Below, in pieces: positions 12,228-23,411 of a stretch of DNA of 64,000 nucleotides. Both the position numbers and the translations under genes were made by a program. The notes beneath the pieces were generated by a model. That model was not told the DNA's origin. It ran no database searches and saw only the letters and a list, made by a program, of their open reading frames with translations. The stretch comes from Squalus acanthias (lineage: Eukaryota): the NCBI GenBank assembly GCA_030390025.1, contig CM059432.1:13020001-13084000 (forward strand), in the 5' to 3' direction. Positions within the stretch are counted from its first letter, which is position 1. Each line of letters opens with the position of its first letter.

Positions 12228-13028
12228 CATAGAAACTAGGAGCAGGAGTAGGCCATTCGGCCCGTCGAGCCTGCTCCACCATTCAATACGATCATGGCTG
12301 ATCATCCAAATCCAGTACCCTGTCCCTGCTTACTCACACAGAATCCCCATCGAGCCTGCACCGACACATATCCCACCCTATCCCCGTAACCCCACGTATT
12401 TAATTCCCCCTAACATATCCCATCCTATCCCCGTAACCCCACATATTTAATCCCCCCCTCACATTGCACATTCTCCCCGTGTTTGCGTGGGTTTCCTCCG
12501 GGTGCTCCGGTTTCCTCCCACAGTCCAAAAATGTGCGGGTTAGGTTGATTTGGCTATGATAAATTGACCCTTAGTGTTAGGGGGGGATTAAATATGTGGG
12601 GTTACGGGGATAGGATGGGATATGTTAGGGGGAATTAAATACGTGGAGTTACAGGGATAGGGTGGGATATGTGTCGGTGCAGGCTCGATGGGGATTCTGT
12701 GGGAGAAAGCAGGGACAGGGTACTGGATTTGGATGATCAGCCATGATCGTATTGAATGGTGGAGCAGGCTCGACGGGCCGAATGGCCTACTCCTGCTCCT
12801 AGTTTCTATGTTTCTATGTTTTAACACTAAGGGTCAATTTATCATAGCCAAATCAACCTAACCCGCACATTTTTGGACTGTGGGAGGAAACCGGAGCACC
12901 CGGAGGAAACCCACGCAGACATGGGGAGAATGTGCAAACTCCACACAGACAGTCACCCGGGGCCGGATTCGAACCCGGGTCCCTGGCGCTGTGAGGCACC
13001 AGTGCTAACCACTATGCCACCGTGTTGC
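12228..13028 (-). mobile_element. HE1/V-SINE-like tRNA SINE with chimeric CR1 tail, interrupted by an inverted copy of itself
   Basis: tRNA head at ~12960-13028, V-domain GGGTTTCCTCCGGGTGCTCCGGTTTCCTCCCAC and CR1-type tail. Compare the uninterrupted copy at 40813-41128. Confidence 0.85.
12464..12820 (+). mobile_element. 5'-truncated copy of the same SINE, inserted in the opposite orientation
   Basis: Reverse complement of 12822-12937 followed by reverse complement of 12228-12458. Ends in (TTTCTATG)2 tail. Confidence 0.85.
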
Positions 13029-13849
13029 TCTGAGGTTTGTCGGCTTCAAGTTAGCAGGATTTTTTGTGGAATATTGGAGCGGATAATGCAATGCTGGGTA
13101 TCCAATCACGTTGATGGACATCGGGTGCAGGGGTCCCATATTATCGGGTATTGAGGATGAGGCCTGCACCCACTGTGCACAGCATGCGATAGTGTGAGAG
13201 GGAAATTTCTGTGATACTGAGGGTCTGGTGCACTAGGTGTGTGCTAGGCTCAATAAAGCCTCCCAGCAACTGCTCCCAAGGTCCTTATCTCATAATACAG
13301 TCTCAGCACCTGAACTACACTGCTGGAACTCACTTGGTCAGCCTTCCTGACTCCTGTTCCTTAAAGCTGAGTCTATTTGGTAATTGCATCAAGTAACTTG
13401 CAGGATGACCCAGGAATTTCATTGTTTCCTCGGCTTCATGGTGTTCTTGGGCTTCACTACTGCAGCTAGTGACACTTTCTTAAAGCTGTGCCATCTGTGG
13501 GCAGCAGTGAGAGAATTGTAATTGAGGCCTGCCTAAATCGAGCCTATGGCTATCATGCTGGCCATCCCTCTCTATCTGGAAGAGGAAGGGTAGAATCAGA
13601 GGGGGACATGCAATGAAGGCAGTCTAGGTATCCAAGAAGACTGCTACCTAAAGTGCGTTACACCTGGCAAAAGGCCATTGCCGTGTAAGGGGAGACAGAA
13701 AGAACCTGCCTCAACCAGTCACAGCAGATTGGGACAGAAAAGAAGTAAATGGAGAAAAGGGAATAAAATTCCTAAAATGTGTATAGGACACCTTCCTCAA
13801 GCAGACCTACAAACGTTGCTATATTTGGTTATGGGTTTTTCAGAGCGGT

Positions 13850-15420
13850 TGGAAGTGGGTTTATGGTGTCCCACAGTGTTTCGTTTTGGGGCCACTTCTG
13901 TTCACTGTGTATATCAATGATTTCGATATAGGCCAAGAGGAAATGGTGTCAACATTTGCAGATGATACCATGGTTAATTCTTTAGAAGACAAAAGGAAAC
14001 TGCAAAGAGATACCAAAAAGATGGGGGAATGGGTTAAATGGACAGATGGAATCCAATATCAGTAAGTGTGAGGTGATCCATTTTCGTTAAACAAAATAAC
14101 AGCGGTAATTATACTCCTTGAATGGGAGTAGGCTCAGTGTCGAGCAAGAACAGAGGGAATTTTGAGGTACAGGTTCACAAGGCATTAAAGGCAGTGCTTC
14201 AGGTTGTTAAGGCTGTAAAAAAAATGCTAATGGTATTCTAGGTTTTAGCACAAGATGTAGAATATAAAAGCTAAAAGGTAATGATGAGCCTGTATAAAAC
14301 CTCAGTTAAGAGTACTGTGTGCTGTATTGGGCTCCCCACTGTAGGAGGGGTATTGAGGCTTTAGAGAGGCTACAACACACATTCAATAAGATGCTGCCTG
14401 GTATGAGCAAGTATAATTATGAGGAAAGACTTGAAATTTGGGTCTTTTCTCCCAAGAACAAAGCCGATTATAATGGCCCAGAAATTGATCCCGCGACGCG
14501 AGAGTACGCACTGCGTACTCTCGCGTATTCCCACTCCAATTGCCGGTTTTCTGCATGCCCTGCGCATGCGCTGAAAACCGGCAATTGCTCTTTTGAAAAG
14601 GGGGCGGTTCCTCGGTGTAGCGCGCACGCTGTGCACTTCATGCTTTGGACACGCAGGTAAGTACTGAAGATTTTAGAAATGTAAAAAGGAGGAGTAAGAC
14701 CCACTTTTAAGAAGGTAAGTAGTGAATTAAGTATTTTTTTGAATTTTTTTTAACAGGTATATCTTTTTTAGAGACTTTAAAGACAGGTAAGTTTATTTTT
14801 ATAACTTTTTAAAAGATTTTAAATTTTTTCAAAAATTTAATTTTTTATTTAAAATGGTTAATTTAATTAACTATACTTATTTTATTAATGTGATGGTTTT
14901 TTTTTAATTTAATTGAGGTTTAGCTGTTATTTTGGGGGGTGTAAGATTCATAGATTTCACAGCGCGTATGTGAAACTTATGAATGGAAGATGGTGTGCTG
15001 CCATTGGCTCTAACTGAGTCACGTGATCCCACAGCTCGCACGAATTCACTACGCCGCTGGGATACGCAAGCCCAGCACAGCTGATGTCTGGAACATCAAG
15101 TTCGTGCGAGCTGGATCTGAAAAAGCACAAGCGAGGTGAGAGATCGCGGGGAAGCCTTACCCCCGCGGGAACAGAGCGAGATCAATTTCTGGGCCAATAG
15201 AAATGTTTAAAATGATGAAAGGATGGGACAGGGTAGATAGAAGCAGAGTGTTTCCAGTAGTTGAATAATCTTGATTGAGGCACCATGATACAAGATTAAA
15301 TGTAAGGGATTTAGAACAGAGAGCAGAAAAAACCGTCTTTACCCAGAAAGTTGTGAAGTTGTGGAATGCAGTGCCAGAGTTAGTGGTTGCGTCAGAAACT
15401 ATATCAACGTTCCTATCATT
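13850..15420 (+). mobile_element. Decayed CR1 RT fragment, interrupted by MITE copy 2
   Basis: Recognisable FADDT, KCEVIHF, EALERLQ and FTQKVVKLWNAVP motifs, with many stops and frameshifts. Confidence 0.75.
14475..15195. mobile_element. PIF/Harbinger-type MITE, copy 2 (721 bp), inverted relative to copy 1
   Basis: Perfect 16-bp TIR GGCCCAGAAATTGATC and 3-bp TSD AAT. Near-identical reverse complement of 11359-12102. Confidence 0.9.
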
Positions 15421-15534
15421 ATCACCGATCTTCAATCGGAGTCTACCACTGTGGTGGGAGGAAAAGTCTTGTGCTGTATCACGACGTTTTAAAGGGAGCA
15501 GAAGCTCCTGAAAGTGCGGGACATGAAATTCTTA

Positions 15535-15865
15535 ATTTTATTCATTCATGGGATGTGGAAATTGCCGGCAACGCCAGCATTTATTGCCCATCCCTCATTG
15601 TCCTCGAGAAGGTGGTGGTGAGTCACCTTCTTGAATACAACTGAGTGGCTTGCTAGGCCATTTCAGAGGGCAGTTAAGAGTCAACCACATTTCTGTGGGT
15701 CTGGAGTCACATATAGGCCCAGACCAGGTAAGGACGGCAGATTTCCTTCCCTAAAGGACATTAGTGAACCAGATGGGTTTTTGTGACAATCTGGTAGTTT
15801 CATGGTCACCATTACTGATACTAGCTTTTTATTCCAGATTTATTTAATTAATTGAATTTAAATTG
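15535..15865 (-). mobile_element. tRNA SINE with CCATCTGGTTCACTAATGTCCTTTAGGGAAGG core (Meta-domain-like), partial
   Basis: Same family as 34181-34615 and 49954-50385. Shares its 3' tail with the LINE fragments of the 795-1040 type. Confidence 0.7.
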
Positions 15866-17104
15866 GCTTTGAATGAGCCCAATTGAAAAAGAACAGGCAG
15901 TTTGAAGGGTTAGGAGTGGAAGAAGGCAGGAAGGAGATCTCCTATCTTTTGCGTCAGAAAATCATTCAGCTTGCTTCTCGCCGACACTGCTCCCTGCTTC
16001 CCTCCTCAACCCCGCCACCACCACCTCCTTCCTTCTGGCCTTCTTCTCCATTAGTGGTGCAGAGGCAGGGAAGTCCTAAGTCCTGTCCGCTCACCTTCAT
16101 TTACATGCATTGGTAGCAATGGGGGTGGAGGCAAATCTCAGCTGACAAGCTCAGGGGTGAGGATTTGGAGGGAGGCCTTCCTCTTGCAATTTCCTCACTT
16201 CTCCAACCAGCAACTGGCCACTTTCAGGTGGAGGACAGCCCTCCCTATAATATCATGTCAAACATGGGTAAGACGCAATTTGCACTGTGTTATGTAGTAG
16301 CAACATCAAAGAGCTGAGATAAACTGAAAATCGTTTATGATGTTATCAGTGTTGCTTCAGTCCTAAGATACGCTGCTGCCTTGAAACACACACCGCTGTG
16401 TTGGTATATAAAGGGTTAACGTTAATTACCTTTCTTTATGACTTTCTGGTTTTTCTTGGCGGGCTCGGAATAAGTGCCACGGCACCAGTGATGCACTGCT
16501 GGCTCACACAATCAAATAACTTGACTTGAACAGAAGAGGCATTGTACCACATGATTTGAAGTGCGGTGATATCACGATTATTCCACTGCACACTGTAAAA
16601 GAATATTATAGCAGAGATAAATGTTATGTAATTATGCAATACTGTATTCCTACCGTGTGTTAACCCATAACAGTTTAATAGAAACATTTATAATTTACAA
16701 CATACTTTTCTGTAATGCAGATTACTCTGAGAGACTGTCACCGGTCCAAAGCAATTCTAATCTTGCTGCAATAATAGGTGAATAGGAAAGTGCTGCAAGA
16801 CTTCACTACAATCAATGGGGCCAATTATAACCTCTCAGCTAATACACTGTTATGCTGAAACAAACACTAATATAATAATAGTCAAACTTAGCAAATATCA
16901 GAAGTAGGCAGATTCCCCTCTGCCCTCTGACCACAGCGGTCAGCCTCTCAGTGCTCATGGGTGCCAGATTCAGACGCTGCCAGCCACTATCAAAAACAGC
17001 TGTCAAATGGTCTCCAACCCTGCTGCCCATTGCTGGCCCTCAGGAACCTCCTGTCCAGAGATGCTCTGAAGGGACTGGGTGCAACCCATAAGGCTCACTA
17101 TTAC

Positions 17105-17161
17105 TGTGATATAACTGGTGTTTACTCACCTTGTAGAGGCCCAGTGGCACTCCACCTGAGG
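17105..17161 (-). repeat. Inverted copy of the APCDD1 exon 2 3' end and 5' splice site (18160-18216)
   Basis: Reverse complement matches 18160-18216 at 54/57 positions. Confidence 0.95.
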
Positions 17162-18010
17162 CAGAGACCCAGGAAAATGATGCAGGAGGTGCTTTGTCAT
17201 CACTCCTGCATCATTAATATGTAATATACTCCCAAAAATGCGCGTGTGATGTAAAGAAGTTGGTGACTTGGCATAATGGGTCTCTGCACCTTTTTTTTTG
17301 CATCGTGCCCTGGAAATGGGTGTTTACCAGAGGAAAATCAGCCCCCAAAACATCTCAAATTTCCTTGTAGCTAGAAAGAAAAAGAAATGGGGAGAGAGCG
17401 GGAAAATGGTATTGAGATAGAGGATCAGCCATGATCATATTGAATGGCGGAGCAGGCTCGAAGGGCCGAATGGCCTACTCCTGCTCCTATTTTTCTATGT
17501 TTCTAAAACATAGACAACTAAGAGACTGAGCAGTCAAACTTTCAGTGGAGGATGTTGCATGGATCTCTGTGTGAATGGTCAGTTGAGATGGGCTTTGCAG
17601 TGAGGATATCAACCTGTTCTCAGTGCAGGCTTTCAGAAGAACTAAATGGCAAGTTCTTCTGGGAAGGTGTTTGTATGCATAGCATTTCCTTATGGAGCTC
17701 AAAATGAAGGTCAATGTGCTAATCAGTGTCTCTAAAACTAATTGGATGCCGTAGGACAGTGTGGTCAGGGAAGGTTGTGGCTTCCCTGGTGATGTAAGCT
17801 GACCAGTTTGTTTTGATTGAGGTAACTGAATCAACAAAAAAGTCAAAAAAAAATTTTCTATGGAGTATTCTTAAATTGCAAAATATCAATCATATCAACG
17901 TACCCATCTCAAAATTATACACGTACACAGGGTAGGAAAGCAAATGTAGGCCTGATGTGTGCAGAGACGACTAGGAATATTGAGTTACATATGTGTTTTT
18001 GTAATTCCAG

Positions 18011-18191
18011 GACTGGGTAGTGCTTCATCTCTACACTACTCTGAGGGAGCATCAAGCAGATCCATCGAGAAGATCCTGGGCAAGTTTAGCAAAGATTTTC
18101 AATGTCATCACATGTTAAAGCACCTGTACAATGGAGCCAGGATCACTGTGCAAATGCCACCTCAGGTGGAGAGCCATTGGGTCTCTACAAG
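18011..18191 (+). CDS. APCDD1: APCDD1 coding exon 2
   Basis: Acceptor ttccAG| at 18010, donor AG|GTGAGT at 18191/18192. Encodes ...[30 protein letters not shown], matching vertebrate APCDD1 ([21 protein letters not shown]). Confidence 0.95.
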
Positions 18192-19736
18192 GTGAGTAAA
18201 CACCAGTTATATCACAAGTCAGCTCCAATTATATGAATAAATGCTAAGCAGATATTTCTGTTAAGTGAATACAAATTGAAAATTCAAGGCCATTTTCTAG
18301 TTATATCCATTCTACTTCCGGACAAGTTACAACAAAGCGTAATCCTTCTCTTCCAGCCTCCAACCTCTCTCCATCGCAATCTTTGTCTCCCTATTTTATC
18401 AATACTTCTGTGGTCATTGCTTCTTTGAAATTTCCTCTCTTGTTCCTCTTATGCTCTAAATACAATCGCCAAGGTTTCTTCGGCAGCACCTCCCAAACCC
18501 ATGACCTCTTCCACCTAGAAGGACAAGGGCAGCAGGCGCATGGGAACACCACCACCTCCAAGGTCCCCTCCAAGTCACACACCATCCTGACTTAGAAGTA
18601 TATCGCCGTTCCTTCATCGTCGCTGGGTCAAAATCCTGGAACTCCCTACCTAACAGCACTGTAGGAGTACCTTCACCACATGGACTGCAACGGTTCAAGA
18701 AGGCAGCTCACCACCACCTTCTCAAGGGCAATTAGGGATGGGCAATAAATGCTGGCCTTGCCAGCGACGCCCACATCCCATAAACGAATTTAAAAAAAAC
18801 ACTGTTCTAGACTGTCTCCCTACTCCTTGCATCATCACTGTATTGAGATGAAGACACTTTGCGCCATTTCATACACTTCATTCTTTCATTCACAGGACCT
18901 CTAAGCTACTGAACTTCTTTCTTCTTGGTTTTCCCTTCCTCTTACAATCTACAAGCTTTTAAAACTTGCCATCATCTAGCCTTTCATCTGACTTTCTCAA
19001 CAACAAAGATAATTCGGAATAATTTTAGCTCCATCCAGTGTTAAATGAATGCTTAGTTGGTGGGATCACTCATTATTGATCATGCAGCTCACGTTATACA
19101 CAGTTATCTGTGGCATGACTTATGTTACATCAACAATTTACTAAATTCCAAGTACGAACAATGTCAGTCCAAACACGTTCGGTAGAAGCAACTGTCAGTT
19201 ACCTATTGCACAAGCACTTAACACTCCTGCACCAAATTCCTCTCTGCCCTATTTATAAGTGTAAACTACTGAACATAGGAAGGAAGAATAGATGTCATAT
19301 GTACTCCATGAATGGTGTTGAAATAGTTGAGGATGAAGCTGAAAGAGAACTAGGATTCTTAGTAAACCCAAGGCTAAACATGTCCAACCAGTACAGAGCA
19401 GCAAACAACAAAAGCAACAGAATATTGAACTACATAGCAAAAACAGTAGACTATGTTAGAGAAGGTCATAATCAACAGCAACAACTTGTATTTATATAGC
19501 TCCTTTAATGTAGTAAAACATCCCAAGGCGCTTCACAGGAGTATTATAAGACAAAAAATTTGACACCGAGCCACATAAGGAGAAATTAGGGCAGATGGCC
19601 TAAAGCTTGGTCAAAGAGGTAGGTCTTAGGGAGCGTCTTAAAGGAGGAAAGAGAGGCGGAGAGGTTTAGGCAGGGAATTCCAGAGTTTAGGGCCTAGGCA
19701 ACAGAAGGCACAGCCACCAATGGTTGAGTGATTATA

Positions 19737-19948
19737 TTGAGAGGTCGCACAACACCAGGTTATAGTCCAACAGTTTTATTTGAAATCACAAGCTTTCGGA
19801 GCTATCGATCGCCCCTTCCTCAGGTGAAGAAGGGGCGATCGATAGCTCCGAAAGCTTGTGATTTCAAATAAAACTGTTGGACTATAACCTGGTGTTGTGC
19901 GACCTCTCAATTTTGTCCACCCCAGTCCAGCACAGCCACTCCGCATCA
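19737..19948. mobile_element. Penelope-like inverted terminal-repeat insertion (family A)
   Basis: Perfect 83-bp inverted arms (19736-19818 / 19829-19911) and 12-bp TSD TGAGTGATTATA (19725-19736, 19949-19960). Confidence 0.8.
19786..19827 (-). ncRNA. Putative minimal type I hammerhead ribozyme
   Basis: Minus strand reads TCAC-CTGAGGA-A-GGGGC-gatcgata-GCTCC-GAAA-GC-TT-GTGA: stem I, CUGANGA core, stem II, GAAA and palindromic minimal stem III. Confidence 0.65.
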
Positions 19949-21520
19949 TGAGTGATTATAATCAGGGATGCTCAAGAGGGCAGAATTAGAGGAGCGCAGA
20001 TATCTCGGGGGGTTGTGGAGCTGGAGGAGATTACAGAGATAGGGAGGGGGCGAGGCCATGGAGGGATTTGAAAACAAGGATGAGAATTTTGAAATCAAGG
20101 CGTTGCTTAACCGGGAGCCAATGTAGGTCAGCGAGCACAGGGGTGATGGGTGAACGGGACTTGGTGCGAGTTAGGACACGGGCAGCCGAGATTTGGATGA
20201 CCTCAGGTTCACAGAGGGTAGAATGTGGGAGGCCAGCCAGGAGTGCGTTGGAATAGTCAAGTCTAGAGGTAACAAAGGCATGGATGAGGGTTTCAGCAGC
20301 GGATGAGCTGAGGCAAGGGTGGAGACGGGCGATGTTACGGAGGTGGAAATAGGTCTTTGTTATGCGGCGGATATGTGGTCGGAAGTTCATTTCAGGGCCA
20401 AATATGACACCAAGTTTGCGAACAGTGTGGTTCAGCCTCAGACAGATGTTAGGGAGAGGGATGGAGTCACTGGCTAGGGAACGGAGTTTGTGGCGGGGAC
20501 CAAAAACAATGTCTTCGGTCTTCCCAATATTTAATTGGAGAAAATTTTTGCTCATCCAGAACTGGATGTTGGACAAGCAGTCTGACAATTTAGAGACCGT
20601 GGAGGGGTCGAGAGACATGATGGTGAGGTAGGGCTGGGTGTCGTCAGCATACCTGTGGAAATGGATATAATCAAACTGGAAAGTGCTCTGGTCAGACCAC
20701 ACCTTGCATACTGTGTCCAGTTCTGGCCAACAAGACACAATTTCTGGAGGCAGTGTAGAGAAGTGGTGGATCTCTGGTTTCAAGGGTCTGAGTTATGGGG
20801 AAAGACTGAAGTGACTTGGGCTTTTCCACTAGTCTGAGAGGTGATCTTACAGAGGTATATGAAATGGTTAAGGGAATTGAAAATGTAAATCCAGAATGCT
20901 ACTTTAAATTAAATTGCTGGAGTAAAATAAGGGGTCACAGGTTCAAACTAGTAAAAGTAATTTTAGGGCTGTCATCAGGATTTTTGTAAACAAAGACTGA
21001 TGTGTGGAATGGATTTCCAGATAGAATAGTAAAGGGGAAAACACTGGAATCACTTAAGAAACAATTGACTTTACAGTGGGGGAATGGCAGGGTGCTTCAG
21101 AATGGTCTTTGTCATCCCTATTCACTGTGATCTTGTGAACCTCCTACAGATGGCTCACTTCAAGACATTTCTTCATTCAGTTGCTGCGTTCATCAGTCCT
21201 CGCTAGATGACCTTTTTGTTGGGTGGGGGGGATAGTGAATTTCATGTGGAATTTCATGCTGTGGAATGGAAAGTTTTCCTACATTTTGTGTAGTAACAGT
21301 ATTGGTTCCTGTGAGGTCAGGTATAGCACAGACGTGATTCAGGTTAATGCCACAATTTGCACTCGAGGTTGCTGTTGTGTTTGATTCTTCCCCTTGGTGA
21401 CTGCAGCGGTGCAGTGTAAAGCTTGACTTTAACAATCTTAACAAGACTGCCTCCAGGGGGAGTGTTGTTGGATTCATTGCTATTTCTGTCGGCTGCAATA
21501 CAACAATCTGACACAAGAGC

Positions 21521-22248
21521 CACAACAACAACATGCATTTATATAGCGCCTTTAATGTAGTAAAATGTCCCAAGGCACTTCACAGAAGCGTTATCAAAGA
21601 AAATTTGACACCGAGCCACATAAGGAGATATTAGGACAGATGGCCAAAAGCTTGGTCAGAGAGGTAGGTTTGCAGGAGCATCTTAAAGGAGGAAAAAGAG
21701 GTGGAGAGACGGAAAGGTTTAGGGAAGGAACTTCAGAGTTTAGGGCCTTGGCAGCTGAATGCACGGCTGCCAATTGTGGAGCGATTAAAATTGGGGATGC
21801 TCAACAGGCCAGAATTAGAGGAACACAGTGATCTCAGAGGGTTGTAGGGCTGGAGGAGGTTACAGATATAGGGAGGTACAAGGCCATGGAGGGATTAGAA
21901 AACAAGGCAGTGTAGGTCAACGAGCACAGGGGTAATGGATGAACGGGACTTGGTGTGAGTTAAGATATGGGCAGCAGAGTTTTGGATGAGCTCAAGTTTA
22001 TGCCGGGTGGAAGATGGGAGGCCGGCCAGGAGCGCGTTGGAATAGTCAAGTCTAGAGGTAACAACGGCATGGATGAGGGTTTCAGCAGCGGATGAGCTGA
22101 GAGTCGGGCAATGTTACGGAGGTGGAAGTAGGCGGTCCTGGTGATGGAGCGGATATGTAGTCAGAAAGCTCATCTCGGGGTCAGATACGACACCAAGGTT
22201 GCAAACGGTCTGGTTCAGCCTCAGACAGTTGCCAGGGAGAGGGATGAA
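21521..22248 (-). mobile_element. L2 LINE 3' fragment
   Basis: Homologous to 19476-20460, with the same tail. Confidence 0.85.
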
Positions 22249-22879
22249 GACAATCCACTTTTTTCAATGACTATTTACTGTTTGTGAAAATAAACTGTTT
22301 TTGCCATTCTATTTGGTATTAATTGAAGAGAGTTCATTGTATCATCAGCTCTTTTCAATTAGGAGGACTTACACCTGCAATATAGGAGACATGAACAGTG
22401 CTCCCCAGATGGGCAGTGTAACTGAAGCACAAAGCATCTTTCTCAACACAGTTCAACGTTCTTGAATTACCCCCCTCCTTCCATTGTGTGCTATGGAGTG
22501 ATAGAATACAGTTTTGTACCGAGTCAACTCCTGAATTTGACTGCCATGTTGGTGGGACAAGTGAGTAGAGGCTTGGCTCATCTCAAAAAGGAGGGCAAAC
22601 TACACTTGGACTTCTGTCACAGATGTCTCCAAGTGACTAGTTATCGAAAAGTTAAGACACTGGAACAGATTTTACTCCCAACCTCTTGACTAGTATTGAT
22701 GGACAATGCAGGTGGAGGCCTTAAAAGAGAGAATATGTAACTTTGTTTCTTAAAAAGGTCCATGCTGAAAACACGGTCTAACTATTTGTTTCAAACAACT
22801 ATCTAGTTTTATAAATTATGCAAAAAACAAATATTATTGCTTTGCTGGTTGTGAAGCTAATTATCATCTCTCTCCACAG

Positions 22880-23411
22880 TTGTGAGGTGAGGCCAGGTCC
22901 TGAGTTCATTACCAGATCCTACAGATTTTACTCCAATAACACGTTCAAAGCTTACCAGTTTAATTATGGAGACAACCATTGCACACATCCCACCTACACC
23001 TTGGTGATCAAAGGGAAACTCCGCTTGCGCCAGGCTTCCTGGATCATTCGAGGAGCAACCGAGGCAGATTACCATCTGCACAGGGTCCAGATCATCTGCC
23101 ACAATAAGGTGACAGCTGAGGAGATGAGCCTGAGGCTGAACAGGTCGTGCCCGGGGTTCGTGCCGGGACAGAAGGTGTGGGAGCCTAACCTGAGCTACGA
23201 TCTGTGGAGTGACGAGACAGGCTGCGACTGCTTTCGGGCTCTGAATTTTGCCATGCACGAACTGCAGCTCCTCAGGGTGGAGAAGCAGTACCTGCACCAC
23301 AATCCTGAGCATGTGGTGCAAGAGCTCTTCCTGGGGGACATCCACACTGATTGGTCCCAGAGGATGTATTATCGACCCTCCAGCTACCAACCTGCACTGC
23401 AGAATGCGAAG
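22880..23411 (+). CDS. APCDD1: APCDD1 coding exon 3
   Basis: Acceptor tctccacAG| at 22879, donor AAG|GTAACT at 23411/23412, 532 nt. Encodes [17 protein letters not shown]...RQASWIIRG...[18 protein letters not shown]...[14 protein letters not shown] (APCDD1 domain). Confidence 0.97.

Larger units (their letters stand above)
19476..20655 (-). mobile_element. L2 LINE 3' fragment (RT + tail), inside a decayed CR1 (~19260-21130)
   Basis: FHRYADDTQ, NFLQLNIGKTE, LIHAFVTSRLDYSNALLAGLP, HWLPVKQRLDFKIL. Tail AAGCGCCTTGGGATG...TATATAAATACAAG(TTG)n. Confidence 0.9.

Noticed and set aside
22818..22879. ORF-track N-terminal extensions of exons 2, 3 and 5 (e.g. [10 protein letters not shown]...)
   Set aside because: They are intronic read-through upstream of clear AG acceptors and do not match APCDD1.
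22857..23390. 177-aa antisense ORF over exon 3
   Set aside because: A shadow of APCDD1 codon structure with no independent evidence.
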